The notes under the pieces are model-generated. The model saw nothing but the letters and a program-made list of their open reading frames with translations. It was not told the origin of the DNA and did no database searches. A stretch of DNA of 64,000 nt from Octopus bimaculoides (Eukaryota): assembly GCF_001194135.2 (NCBI RefSeq), contig NC_068981.1:71966137-72030136 (forward strand), written 5' to 3'. Every line of letters starts with the position of its first letter. The first letter of the stretch is position 1. A program made the translations under genes and the position numbers. Shown in pieces: positions 1 through 13,559 of this stretch.

Positions 1-178
1 ACAACATGCTTAGTGGAATTTCTTCTGCTCTGGGTTCAAATTCTGCTGAAATCGACTTTGCCTTTCATCTATTTTGGTGTTGATAAAATAAGTACCAAAT
101 GAACACTGGAGTCAATGCAATCATCTTACCCACTCCGTCAAAATTGCTTGTCTTGTGCCAAAATTTGATACCGATATT
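1..178 (+). mobile_element. tRNA-derived SINE, family 'SINE-B' (5' end cut by window edge)
   Basis: B-box-like GGGTTCAAATTC, then body GACTTTGCCTTTCATC...GATAAAATAAGTACCA...CTTGTGCCAAAATTTGA shared with about 11 other copies in the window. Confidence 0.8.
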
Positions 179-217
179 TTTCAATTTCTTGTGACAATGA
201 TGGTACAGAGGCTAGAC

Positions 218-566
218 CAGTGGTTTTCAACCAGGGTTCATATAACCCCTGAGGGTCCATATAAGATTTTTGGGGGTCCACACAACAAAGTAGTAATTTT
301 GGGATCTACAATAGTATTTCAAGGGGCCGTGAAAAAATGTTGCTTTAGATGTATGTATTGGTATGTATTGTAAGAAACAGCTTGGTTTCTTTCTCTAACA
401 TTTTACATAGCTCAATCTACATAAATTAATGTGTGACAAACAAAATAGGAATTTTGAAAGAAGTTCCTATAAAACTAGTTTATAAATATCGAATGGTTAA
501 GGGGATCCACCAGAACAGAATAATAATCAAAGGGTTCCATTGGTAAAAAATGGTTGAGAACCCCTG
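218..566. mobile_element. hAT (Charlie-like) MITE
   Basis: TIRs CAGTGGTTTTCAACC / GGTTGAGAACCCCTG. Flanking 8-mers GGCTAGAC / GACTGGAT resemble the NTCTAGAN target. Subterminal GGTCCATATAAG motif is shared with 30090-30818. Confidence 0.8.
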
Positions 567-879
567 GACTGGATAATAGAATTAGATACCTTATATTATC
601 CTCTATGATATTTCCTATTTCTGATTCCAAACCCCATTGATATTGACTTTGTTTCATTCTTCCAGGGCTCATAAAATAAAATGGAATTTGATCATTGGTT
701 ATACTCATGAAAATCAAACAGAAAATCAACATTCTAAAAAAAATATATTTTTTGGGTTTGTTAAGAAATCATGGAAATTATGTTGTTATTGTTGTTTAAT
801 GGATTAAACATCTTTTGATAGTCAGTCATACTTCTATGACAGTCAGGTGTTATTTGAGAGCGAATTCATTCCGTTACTA

Positions 880-1168
880 ATTACAAAGGCTTAAACAAAC
901 CAACACCGAATGTCAAACAGTGGTGAGGAACAAACACAATACAAAGACTCACACATAGATATGTATATGCACAGATGCACACACACACATGTATATACTT
1001 ATAAGACAGGCTTCTTTCAGTTTCCATCCATCACATCCACTCACAAAGCTTTGGTTGGCCTGGAGCTATAGTAGAAGATACTTGCCGGAGGTGCCACAAA
1101 ATGAAACTGAACCCAAAACCTCATGGTCAGGAAGCAAACTTCTTACCTACATAACACACCTGCATCTG
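880..1168 (-). mobile_element. SINE-A copy (degenerate)
   Basis: GGCTTCTTTCAGTTTCC...CCACTCACAAAGCTTTGG...CTATAGTAGAAGATACTTGCC...GAACCC...CATGG matches the other SINE-A 5' halves. Confidence 0.75.
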
Positions 1169-1544
1169 TGGAGTATCTCTCCATTAAAAAAAAACCAACT
1201 TTATGGTGCTTCCTCTGTATGTAAGGTAATACTCTAAAGAAAAATTTGGAAAGTAATCTAGAAGTTGTTTAAGGAGTTGTTGAGTTTGTTTCTGTAAAAT
1301 AGTCTTTGTCAAATATTTTTTAATTAGCTTAGGATACAAGCATAACCAATCAGCCCTTCAAACCACTTCTTCGAACAGGATTGCAATCTTGAGTCTTTGG
1401 TGTCAATTGTGTCATAAGATATACTCCTGAAAGATGAGGCTATATTTTAAAGATGAAAGAAATTTATCTTTTTTAAAGTGATTTTGCTGCCATCTTTCAT
1501 TCCCTATGTGGCTCAGACTATACAGGCTTGAGTAAAAACAAAAA

Positions 1545-1790
1545 GATTAAAGTTACCTTCTCAAGTCATGCCAACTCATAAGGGCCAGTTTCATGGGATA
1601 TAAATGACCTACCTGGATGGGACACCAGTCTGTTGCAGATTGCTAATTTTTGCCAGCTGAGTGGACTGGAGCAGCGTGAAAATGAAGTGTTTTGTTCAGG
1701 AACACAATGTGCTGCCCAGTCCAGGAATCGAAACTACAATTTCATGATCATGAGTCCAACACCCTAACCACTAAGTCATGCACCTCCACA
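1545..1790 (-). mobile_element. tRNA-derived SINE with OR-like head and CCAGTCCACTCAGCTGGCAAAA central domain
   Basis: Minus strand has A box GACTTAGTGG and B box GTTTCGATTCC. The head is similar to 51534-51922 and 46095-46228. Confidence 0.7.
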
Positions 1791-2793
1791 TACAGGTTTG
1801 AGTAGCAAGTACAATGTGTTTATATGAGTCAGATCCTGGTTGCAAGAATGAAGTGTTTCTAATTTAACATGAATATCAAGATACAGAAATAGGTAGCCAA
1901 GCGTTTTGTGTAGTGCCATTAACAATCCTTATCAAAAGCAATATGACTGTGTGACAAGGCTTGGCCTTCATATAACAGATATTTTAAGGGCACACGGTTG
2001 GGTATTTAAGACATTTATAGCCTGCACCCATATATATATATGGGTGCAGGCATTGTCATGTGGTTCTGTCTTCAACTGCACCCTATCTTCTCTCATAGTT
2101 TTGAATCAACCAAACCTTGTGAGTGAAATTTGATACACAAAAACTGTGAGAAGAATATCATGTGTGTGTGTGCCTACACACACACACACACCATCCAACC
2201 CATGCCACCATGGAACATGGATGTTAAATAATAATGATGATGATATATAGGTATATGAACAGAGTAACTCAGAAGTCACTTCAGCATTTGAATGACTTAT
2301 AACATTTTTTTAATTTTCTTACAGTTTTGAATTTAATTTACTTTTTGCTATTTCATTACGAGTATCTTTTGATGTTATGTGTGTGTGCGTGTGTGTGTGT
2401 ATGTGTGTGTGATGAGTGCCTCATTTTGTCAGATGATAGTCATCTCACACTCAGCCTGACTTCTGATTTATTTTCATTCTTGTATGTGCACAAATATGCT
2501 GCACACACCACAACACATCCATTGAAATAAGACTTAATAAAATACAAAGTGAATCAAGAAATGCAATGATAATGAGAATTTGTATGTCATTAGATTTAAA
2601 TGACAAAAGCCTGTACAGAATTTCTGCCACTCTCTCAGTCACCATAATGGGTTCCAGTGACAAGTATTGCAAGATGACTGATGACTACTATTTTGACTGC
2701 AAGTTTTGTGTTAGAGTATCTTTCTCCTAGAAGAGCTGCTTTCCCCTGCCTTTGTCAAAAACAACAGGATCATCTCTAGCCCTGGGAAATCTG

Positions 2794-2980
2794 TTCAGCC
2801 CTTTAGCATTTAAACCAGCCATAACTGGCCCAAATATTGTTTCACGTTTAAAATGGCCAAATCTGGCCCCTCACACCTACCCTACATTGTCATTCTAAAA
2901 ATAAACAATCACATCTTGAAGTTACAAGATAATGCATGATTAATTTAAAACAACATGAATGAATAAGAATTACATTTAGC
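2794..2980 (+). mobile_element. piggyBac-like MITE (CCCTTTAGCATT end), partial
   Basis: Same body (GTCATTCTAAAAATAAACAATCACATC...GATAATGCATGA) as the inverted copies at 35062-35287 and 57523-57750. Confidence 0.6.
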
Positions 2981-3119
2981 ATATATATCATTATCACCAT
3001 TTAACATCCGTTTTCTGTGCAGGCATGTGTTGGATGGTTTGACAGGATCCAATGAGCTACAGAACTTCACAACATAGAAAATACGTTTCATGAATACAAA
3101 TATTAATAATCAATATAAT

Positions 3120-3345
3120 GAATTCATAATGTAATAATAACAGTTCTTTCAACAAGTGGCACAAGGGCTGAAACTTCATGAAGTGGGGGGTTAGTCAGTT
3201 ACATTGACCCTAGTATTTCACCAGTACTTATTTTATTTGACCCCTAAAGGATGAAAGGCGAAACTGATCTCAGAATGTAAAAACAAATGAAATGCTGCTA
3301 AGCATTTTGTCTGGCATGCTAATGATTCTGCCAGCTTGCTGCCTT

Positions 3346-3405
<60 letters not shown>

Positions 3406-3743
3406 CATAATAATCATGGTTTCAAATTTTAGCACAAAGCTGGCAATTTCAGGAGAAAGAGTAAGTCAGTCACTCTGACCCCAGTACTCAACCGGTACTT
3501 ACTTTATTGACCCTAAAAGGATACAAGGCAAAGTCAACCTTGGCAGAATTTGAACTCAGAATGTAAAAACAGAAGAAATGTAGCTAAAGCATGCTAGCGA
3601 TTCTGTCAGTTCACAATAATAAAGGTTTCAAATTTTGGCACAAGACCAGCAATTTCGGGGGTGGGATAAGTTGATTACATCAACCCCAGTAGTCAACTGG
3701 TACTTATTTCATCGACCCCCAAAGGATGAAAGACAAAGTTGAC
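3120..3743 (-). mobile_element. three tandem SINE-B copies (about 3120-3340, 3415-3600, 3622-3743) separated by (AAT)n
   Basis: Repeated GGTTTCAAATTTT(A/G)GCACAA...AGTACT...GGATGAAAGGC...GAACTCAGAATG blocks, with perfect (AAT)n at 3349-3412. Confidence 0.8.
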
Positions 3744-3763
3744 AATAATAATAATGATAATAA

Positions 3764-4372
3764 GGCAAATGACTGAAGGATATTGAAATAGAATGCCTGG
3801 TAGAGCTCCTACAAAAAGTTTGTCTCTTAGGAACAGCAAGGATTATCAGGAGGGTTCTAAGCACTTGAAAGACTGCTGAAAACTTGTGGATACCTAAGGT
3901 TACAGTTAGTAATCGGGTACCCACATAAATCCTACCAGGAATAAGACCAAACCTGAGCCAAACCAAAATAATTACAATTAGTAAGTGAAGTTTCTTGCTA
4001 ATCGACCCATCATGCCCATTTGATTCCAGGATCATAAAGAAAGAAGACGAAATACAAAATAAATGCAATCCCTTAAAATTTAAAATAGGAAGAATTTGGA
4101 GTATGAAAACTGTAAAGGTTGTGCCTATAATAATTGGTGCATTGGGAATAGTAAGCAAAGATATACACAAATGGCTGAAGGAGATTGGAATGGAATGTTG
4201 TGTAGAGCTCCTACAGAAAGTTTGTCTCTTTGGAACAGCAAGGATTATCAGGAGGGTTCTAAGCACTTGAAAGACTACTGGAAACTTGTGGATACCCAAG
4301 GTTACAGGTAATAACCTGCTACCCACATAAATCCAACCAGGAATAAGACTGAACCTAAGTCAAACCAAAATA
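3764..4372 (+). mobile_element. two tandem 3' ends of an R4/Dong-clade RLE non-LTR retrotransposon
   Basis: ORF 3995-4270 (VKVVPIIIGALG...LLQKVCLFGTARIIRRVL) is the C-terminus of the restriction-like endonuclease. About 200 bp (3764-3972) is duplicated at about 4170-4372. Confidence 0.8.
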
Positions 4373-4375
4373 AAA

Positions 4376-5250
4376 ATAAGAAGAATGAGAAGGAGATCAG
4401 TGACAATGGTGAAACCCTCCAATTATACAATATGAAGACTAATAAAGAAAAGATAATCAACTGGAAAGAGGTCCTATATGGAGAGTCTTTCCAGCAAAAC
4501 ATTGGAGGAAGTTGATGAAGAATTTTGGAGATGGTTAAGACATTGTTTTTTTAAAGAAAGAGACAAAAGGACTGATTCTTGATGTTCAAGAACAAACTTT
4601 ATGAACCAACTCAATTGAGTGTAGCATTGATAAGACAGTAATAACACCTTTGTGTAGACAACATGAAAAATCACCTGAGACAGTTAGACATAATTAGTGG
4701 ATGCTCAAAACTGGCTCAAAAGGAGTACGAAAAGTGGCAGTGCAAATACACTGGGAATTGTGCAAGTATGGGTTAGAATGTTCCAACAAGTGGTATGTGT
4801 ACCAACCTTTGCCAGTAGCAGAGAATTATCAGTTGGAACTCACATAGGATATGCCAATCTACACAAATAAGAGGCTGCAACATAACCAACCAGATATCAC
4901 TCTTCTTTGGAAGGAGTCCAAAGAATGGACCTTCATCAATATAGCTATACCTGCAAACCAGAATACTGTGAAGACTGAGGAGGGGAAAGTCAGGAAGTAC
5001 ACAAGACCTAGTATTGAAGTGGAATGCATCCATAAAGCTTCAAAAGTGAGTGTGGTACCTATTGTAATTGGTGCACTTGGGACCATCTCAAAGAAAGCAA
5101 TATTCTGGCATCAAAAGCTGCAAATACCAAACTTCATAGGACGTACTCTGTTGGCAGCAATACTTGGAGCAGTTCAGGTGTTGCATCTTTAAGCTGCGGG
5201 ATGGAGCTGAGATGTGACATAGATAACCCAGGAGAAGTTAGGATAAAGAA
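4376..5250 (+). mobile_element. 5'-truncated R4/Dong-clade LINE (CCHC knuckle plus RLE, frameshifted)
   Basis: Fragments read PLCR...ETVRH..SGCSKLAQKEY, HWELC, and ORF 4851-5192 HNQPDITL...IAIPANQN...VVPIVIGALG. It ends in an (AAT)-like tail. Confidence 0.8.
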
Positions 5251-5269
5251 AATGATTATATTAATAATA

Positions 5270-5485
5270 ATGGTTTCAAATTTTGGCATAGGGCCAACAG
5301 TTTATGTGGGGAGAAGAATGTCGATTACATTGACCTCAGTATTTGAGTAGTATTCATTTTTATTGATTCCAAATGGATGAAAGACAAAGCTGACCTCAGC
5401 AAAGATTGAACCCAGAACATAAAGACAGATGAAATGCCACTAAGTATTTTGGCTGGTGGGCTAACAGGCCTGCCAGCTCATCACC

Positions 5486-5548
<63 letters not shown>

Positions 5549-5808
5549 TTCCTTTTTATTATAGGTACAAAAGGCTCTGAAGTTTTAGGGGAGGGGACTA
5601 GTCAATTACATCAACCCCAGAAGGTACTGGTACTTAATTTATCAACCCCAAAAGGATGAAAGGCAAAGTTGACTTTAGCAGAATTTGAACTCAGAATGTA
5701 GCGACGGGCGAAATACCGCTAAGCATTTCGTCCAGCATGCTAAAGATTCTGCCAAATAATAATAATAATAATAATAATAATTATAATAATAATAATAATA
5801 ATAATAAT
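5270..5808 (-). mobile_element. two SINE-B copies (about 5270-5487, 5555-5755) with (AAT)n at 5487-5548 and 5756-5808
   Basis: Same SINE-B motifs and orientation as 3120-3743. Confidence 0.8.
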
Positions 5809-6074
5809 TTTATACACACACACACACATACACATAGATGTATGTATGTATACAATTTTCTAAATACCTATCTGCATTTCTTCAGACAATGTCTCAGACA
5901 TTGACTGAAAAATTGCACATGGGTACATATATATGTTTTTGTGTGTGTGTCTTTGTGTCTGCATTTGTGCACCACTGTTCGACAGCTTTCGTTCATGCCC
6001 CTGCAATTTAGCAGTTCCGCAAATGAGACTGATAGAATGACTATCAAACTTAAAAACAAATACTAGTTACTTTT

Positions 6075-6598
6075 ACTTTACTTTACTTTACTTACTTGTT
6101 TCAGTCATTTGACTGCGACCATGCAAATTGACCCCAGGGCTTATTCTTTGTAAGCCTAGTACTTATTCTATCAGTCTCTTTTTGCCAAACCGCTAAGTTA
6201 CGGGGACGTAAACACACCAGCATCGGTTGTCAAGCGATATTGGGGGGACAAACACAGACTAAAAATGTACCTTAATCCCCTGAGATTGCAGATACTATTT
6301 CTGAATCTCTTTGATTCTTTAAATGTGCTAGCCTCCTGGTAATTAATCGATATTAATTAATATATGATTAATTACCATCTTTTATAANNNNNNNNNNNNN
6401 NNNNNNNNNNNNNNNNNNNNNNNTATATATACATATATACGACGGGCTTCTTTCAGTTTCCGTCTACCAAATCCACTCACAAGGCTTTGGTTGGCCCGAG
6501 GCTATAGTAGAAGACACTTGCCCAAGGTGCCATGCAGTGGGACTGAACCCGGAACCATGTGGTTGGTAAGCAAGCTACTTACCACACAGCCACTCCTG
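6075..6598 (-). mobile_element. bipartite SINE-A (3' half 6075-6260, 5' half 6440-6598) interrupted by extra sequence, (TA)n and a gap
   Basis: 3' half is CTTGTTTCAGTCATTTGACTG...CCGCTAAGTTACGGGGACG. 5' half has the tRNA-like head AGTGGCTGTGTGGTAAG...GGTTCAGTCCC on the minus strand. Confidence 0.85.
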
Positions 6599-7607
6599 TT
6601 GATTTTGACTAATTAAATCCTTCAGAGCAGTGCCTTAACACAGCTACAGTTCGACGACTGATACAAGTAACAGTATGAATGAATAAGAGAATATTTATAC
6701 ATCATCATCGTTGCTACCATCATTTCACATCTGATTTTTCCATACTGGCATGATGGACAAGTCTACTAACTTTGATTTCCTTTATCATGGACTTTTGTCA
6801 TCTGGCACATATAACAGAAAAAATTTAGTCAACCTTGTGGAATTTAGAAACTGCTTTGCAGCTTGGATTGAGTGCATTTCAAAACACAACCTGCACTAAA
6901 GAGGTTATCATTATAAAACTTGAAGAGACCCTCTCTATTGTTCATTATCACTGTTCTATTGTTCATTGGTCCTAGGTAAATTGTCATAGATTGGAAAAAA
7001 AAACTCCTTCTTTCCATTGTGTCTGCTAATTTGTTCCTTTCTGTTTTTCATGGCTGCATGCACTTCCTATAACAGATCATTTTACACTGTGAAGAGGGTG
7101 TATTATTAAGTAAACTGTCAGCAACTGGATTAAAGTGATCCTTCTGTTTTGTATTAGACTTTTGTATTACTACTCATAAGTTAGGCAGGGTGTCCAACAT
7201 TTTATGATGGTTACCATCATTTTAACTGTGATCTCATGTATCTCCATGTTGTACAGAGGAGTTTAACTACCAAAAGGTTCATAGCAGCTGCTTAAGACCA
7301 TTGGGTATAAAAGTTGTCTATTCTGTAGGGAAGTGGGGGTAACAAGTTTTAAATGGGGTAATAGAAAGTGAAGCTGTCTCCATGGTGCTTAACCTGATAG
7401 TCTAAAAGTTTGAATATACTTGTGGGGATGGAGATGGCAGGGTATGGATACTCAACCTTGCAACATAACTTTTGTTAGGCATTCATACATACACACATAC
7501 ACACATATATACATACGTACATACATACATACATACATACATACATACATACATACATACATGCATACATACATACATACATATATGCATACATACACAC
7601 ACACACT

Positions 7608-7639
<32 letters not shown>

Positions 7640-7821
7640 GATAGATAGATAGATAGATAGATACATACATACATACATACACACACACACATACACACAT
7701 GTATACATAAGAAAAAAGATGACAAAGGTAAAAACAACTGTCTTATGAATTTCATTGGCTTATATATGTATATATATGAATGTGAGTGTATGTATATGCA
7801 TATACTGTATATGAGTGTGTG

Positions 7822-7868
<47 letters not shown>

Positions 7869-8319
7869 TGTATATAATGAAGGTCTTATGGAATAGAAAT
7901 GAATGTGAAGAAAATGAAAATCAATGGTAATCAGCAAGATACAACTGTCACCAACTTGAAAGAGACCAACAATAATATACCCGAGATAAACATAATAAGA
8001 AAATGGGGAAATGTGAAACAGAAAAAAAAGATGTGAGATACTGAGAAAGGCAGTAGAATAAAAATATCAAAATACTAACATCAACAAACATTAATATAGC
8101 AACCATGTATAGATTTATTTAAGGAGTTACGTATGGCCCCCTCTTAGTGTATGCAGCTGAAACATGGAATGGATATAAACAAATACATTACAAGACTTTC
8201 AGGTATGGGTATAACAGACAGATACATGGAAACACATACATACATCTTCACAGAATATATAAGAATCAACTTGAAAAAATTAAACTAAAGGAAGCTGCCT
8301 GACTGCCCCTCATGCTGGT

Positions 8320-8505
8320 GGCACATAAAAAGCACCCACTACACTCTCGGAGTGGTTGGCATTAGGAAGGGCATCCAGCTGTAGAAACTTTGCCAGATCA
8401 GATTGGAGCCTAGTACAGCCTTCTGGCTTGCCAGTCCTCAGTTAAACCGTCCAACTTATGCTAGCATGGAAAGCAGACATTAAGCAATGATGATGATGAT
8501 GATAC
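8320..8505 (+). mobile_element. RTE-clade LINE 3' tail with (GAT)n
   Basis: AAAAGCACCCACTACACTC...TAGGAAGGGCATCCAGCTGTAGAAAC...CATGGAAAG...GATGATGAT. The same tail follows RT-coding sequence at 60490-61270. Confidence 0.8.
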
Positions 8506-8589
8506 TTATATATATATATTTCTATGTTCTATGTATTTCAATGTACATACACTCACAAACACACACACATATATACATGTCTGTGTGTA

Positions 8590-8890
8590 ATTATATATAA
8601 ACGTTATCTTTTAGGTGTTTCAGTTGTTGAAGTGCAACCATTTTGGGGCATTTTCTTGAAGGGTTTAGTCGAAAAAATCGATCCCAGTGCATATTTTTTA
8701 AGTGGTACTTTTCCTATTAGTCACTTTTGTTGAACCAATAAACTATGGGGATGTAAACAAACCAACACTGGTTGTCAAACAGGGTGGGATACACACACAC
8801 ACAAAACAGGCTTCTTTTAGTCTCCATCTACCAAATACACAAAGGTTTTGGTTGGCCTTGGGCTATAGCAGAAGACACTTGCTCTAGGTG
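8590..8890 (-). mobile_element. SINE-A copy (head truncated, short internal CA tract)
   Basis: Both halves are present, joined by (CA)n at about 8790. Confidence 0.7.
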
Positions 8891-8940
8891 TCATGTATGT
8901 CATTAGGAAGTATACTTTTATCTTGCAACTATGCCTGTGT

Positions 8941-8971
<31 letters not shown>

Positions 8972-9052
8972 NNNNNNNNNNNNNNNNNNNNNNNNNNNNN
9001 NNNNNNNNNNNNNNNNNNNNNNNNNNNNNNNNNNNNNNNATATATACATATA

Positions 9053-9101
<49 letters not shown>

Positions 9102-9689
9102 ATATATATATGTATATATATATGTACATACATTTATATATTAGTACACACACACATGTAAATGTATCTATCGGTAAAACATGAATAAAATGCTATAGGA
9201 AGTAAAGAGAAAATAATTGTAGCCTATTCATCTAAGCATCTCAATATCAACTCTTGTTAGCACTCCTCAACTTATATGAAAAAAAAGTTCTCTGTGGAGC
9301 TAATTACTGCCGATGCTATGAAAATAATACTATAATGACATGGCTCTGTAAGTGTTAGGACTCTCAGGGCTAACCTCTTAACGATATGCCAAAATTATTA
9401 AAATAAATGAAACCATCTTCGAATAACAAAACTGACCTCACATTATTGCCATATCACTATTAAAACTTGCCATATCACTATTAAAACTCTAATTAGTAAG
9501 TAGCAAGGAAGCAACACACACACACATGCACACCCACTCAAAACACACACACACACACACAAACATGCACCCATAAACATGCACACACAAATATATATAT
9601 ATTTCTCCTTCTCTCTCTCTCTCTCTTTCTATGCATGTACATATACATACATACATACATATCTGTATATATATATGTGTGTGTACACG

Positions 9690-9771
9690 CGCAAGTGTCT
9701 TCTGCTATAGCCTTGGGCTGACCAAAGCCTAGTGAGTGGATTTAGTAGACAGAAACTGAAAGAAGCCCATC

Positions 9772-9840
<69 letters not shown>

Positions 9841-10095
9841 TGTATGTATGTATGTATGTATGTATGTATGTATTATGTGTGTGTCTTTGTGTCTATGTTT
9901 GTCCATCCCTCCACCATCGCTTGACAACTGATTTTGGTATGTTTATGTCCCCGTAATTTAGCGGTTCGGCAAAAGAGACTGATAGAATAAGTATAAGGCT
10001 TGCAAAGAATATGTCCTGGGCTTGATTTCTTTGACTAAAATGTGGTGCTCCATCATGGCCACAGTCAAATGACTGAAACAAATGAAAGAAGGAAA
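9690..10095 (+). mobile_element. SINE-A copy with internal (TA)n(TATG)n
   Basis: GCAAGTGTCTTC...GAAAGAAGCCCATCG, then microsatellite, then CCACCATCGCTTGACAAC...CAGTCAAATGACTGAAAC. Confidence 0.85.
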
Positions 10096-10114
10096 AATAT
10101 ACAAAGAGAAAAAG

Positions 10115-10187
<73 letters not shown>

Positions 10188-10214
10188 AAGAGAGGGAGAG
10201 AGAAGGAGATAGGT

Positions 10215-10373
10215 ATAGTGTGGTTCAGAAATTGCTTCCCAACCACATGGTTTTAAGTTCAGTCCCACTGTGTGGAATGTTGAGCAAGTGTCTTCTACTA
10301 TAGCACTGTTCCAACCAATGCCTTGTGAGTGGATTTGGTAGACAGATACTAAAAGAAGACCATCATATATATG

Positions 10374-10411
<38 letters not shown>

Positions 10412-10532
10412 GCTTGCTTACCAACCACATGGTTCCGGGTTCAGTTCCACCACATGGCACCTTGGGTAAGTGTCTTCTCCTATAGCTTCGGGCCGAGTGG
10501 ATTTGGTAGACAGAAACTGAAAGAAGCCCGTC

Positions 10533-10568
<36 letters not shown>

Positions 10569-10770
10569 GTATGCGTTTGTATATGTTTGTCCCACCAACA
10601 TCGCTTGACAACCGATGGTGGTGTGTTTACGTCCCCGTAACTTAGCGGTTCGGCAAAATAGAATAAGTACTAGGCTTACAAAGAATAAGTCCTGAAGTTG
10701 ATTTGTTTGACTAAAAGCGGTGCTCCAGCGTGGCTACAGTCAAGTGACTGAAACAAGTAAAAGAATAAAC
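10215..10770 (+). mobile_element. two nested or tandem SINE-A copies
   Basis: One 5' half at about 10215-10360, then (TA)n, a second head at about 10390, (TA)n, and a 3' half at about 10585-10770. Confidence 0.8.
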
Positions 10771-12923
10771 GGATATATATTTTATATGTGTGTGTATTTA
10801 TATGTGTGTGTATGTATATATCTGTATATGCGTGCATGTCTGTGTGTTTGTTTACATTTGTGACTTTTGTTATATATATATATAAATGGTGGTTGATAGC
10901 TTAGTAGTTAGGGTGGTGGGACCAAAATAAATTATGTTCTTGAGCAAGGTATTTCATTCCATGCAGCATCTCTCTGCTCATCTGAAAATGGGCAGTAGCA
11001 GCAGTTGCAGCTAGTTGCAGGGTGGTTAACCTGGCAATAAGTCTGCTGTCCCCTCCTGTATAAGGTCTTGTACTTAGTGTTGTTTAACTCCCAGAAACTA
11101 AATTAAGCTCCTGTTTAATGAGCCTGTGTGCTTGAGAATGATTTTGATACACACACACACACACATACACACACACACACATACACACACACATACATGT
11201 GTGTGCATGCAAACACACACACATACACACACACACACATTTCTTTTTTAGAATAGTGAATTTTCCAAAACATCACAAAAGGCTATAAATAGTAGCAAGT
11301 AAATATTGGGTTGGAAAACCCTTTTGAATAGAAAAAGGTTGAACACTGCCTTGTGGGACCTAAACTCACATGTGCGGTAAATATCACACACAATTCTCCC
11401 TCCTCACATATATGTACACGCGCACACGCGCACACACACACACACGCACACTCACACACACACACACACATACACACACATGCAACAGAATTATTTCCAT
11501 TTAACATAATCAATGTTATCTGATGTTTCATATATATATATAATACAAATGATATGTGAGCATATGCATATATACATACATATATGTACATACCTACATC
11601 TACATGTATATATAGATGCATATCCAGGTACAGGACATATACATACATACATACATATATATAATCATCAAATTTTTCCGTTGTGTTATTACATTGTACC
11701 TAGCTTTTTATATTAATTTATATATATATGGTCTTATATTTTATCATATGCCTATTTATAGTATATAAAATGTATTAACATACAATATATATANNNNNNN
11801 NNNNNNNNNNNNNNNNNNNNNNNNNNNNNNNNNNNNNNNNNNNNNNNNNNNNNNNNNNNNNNNNNNNNNNNNNNNNNNNNNNNNNNNNNNNNNNNNNNNN
11901 NNNNNNNNNNNNNNNNNNNNNNNNNNNNNNNNNNNNNNNNNNNNNNNNNNNNNNNNNNNNNNNNNNNNNNNNNNCATACATACATACACATATATATAAG
12001 GTCATATTTGCCTATTTATATTATATAAAATGTATTAACATACATGTATTAGCACAAACATGATATATTAATACACTGTATATATAATTTTTATGAAAGT
12101 CATAATACTTTATACTGTATGATGTACAATGTATGAGGTACAATGTACATAACAAATTGTAATGAATTGAGGATTGGATAAAGTATTGATGTTCTACAAA
12201 TTAATCAAACTAAATTTAATTCAAGATAAATATTTAGCAATATCAGAATGAAAAACAATCTTATTTTAAATCTGTTTATTTAAATCAAAGAACATGTTTA
12301 ATAAAAGAATTTAGCTTGATTATATTTTCTGAATTATACAGATTGTTTACTATATTTTGTTTGATCATATGGAGTAAAATGCATGTAGTTTCTGTTTGGA
12401 AATGTTTATACCTGTCAATACCAAAAATAGTCTAAAGAATTCTTTCTAAAACAATACAGAAAATAATTCAATATCCTTTGCAAAATAGTGATAGAACTTT
12501 GTGAATGTTTTGCATTCATAATGTTTTTGTCTTTCTGTAAATAAAGTTTTAATCTGGAATAGAAGCAATAGATAGCATCATACCTTTCAATGTATGGGTC
12601 TTATTGTAGTGTTTAGGTTTTTCTCCCCTGAGTTTATAAATGTAAATAGTTATTCTTCATTCTTGAGGTTCTTTGTAAAGCAATCCATAATTGAGGAAGT
12701 AAGTGTTTCAGCTTAGTGGCTGACTGATGGTAATGTAATGCCAGCCAAATATACTAGTCCAGTGTTGAGACATACCACAGTTAAGGAGAAGGGCAACAGA
12801 GAGAGAGAGAGAGTGAGGGAGAAAAAGAGGAAAAAGAAAAAAGACTATAGAGGAAATTACTGTTAGATTCATGAAAAGAGTAAAGTAAAATAAGAGAGTG
12901 GAAACTTAGGAAACAGACAGGGA

Positions 12924-12965
<42 letters not shown>

Positions 12966-13446
12966 GAAGGATAAATAGAGAGAAAGGGAGAGATGCAGAG
13001 CGAAAAGTAACAACTGTGGACAGGGAAAAAGTTAAGTAAAGACAAATGTGAAAGGAAAATTCATAAGATGAAATAAGAAAGGAATAGAGAAGACTGCTGC
13101 AAAAAGTGTGAGGCTGGAGTTGGGGCTGGTGTTGAGGGCAGGGGATGAGAGGGAAGGAAGCTGGTTGTAGAAAGGAAGAAAGTAGAAAAAAACAGCTATA
13201 AAAGGACAACCACATCTACCCTGAAAAACAAATAAATATGTGTGTGTGTGCTGGTCTGTGTGTGTGTTTTTCTGTGTGTGTGAGTGTGTGTGTATGTGTG
13301 TATGCATATGTATATGCATCTACACAGACACATGCACACATATACCCACAAGCACTTTAACCAAATCTGTATTATTCTGCTCTTGGAGAGATATGTGTGT
13401 GTGTGTGTGTGTGAGTGCATGTGCATGTGTATGTGTTGTGTGTGTA

Positions 13447-13503
<57 letters not shown>

Positions 13504-13559
13504 GCATGCATTTACAAATATATGTTTATATATATATATTATTATATAAAGGTCACAAT

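Noticed and set aside
2468-2730. Stop-free plus-strand frame ending SDKYCKMTDDYYFDCKFC, with a possible AG acceptor at about 2594
   Set aside because: No recognisable family, weak splice signals, and no partner exons.
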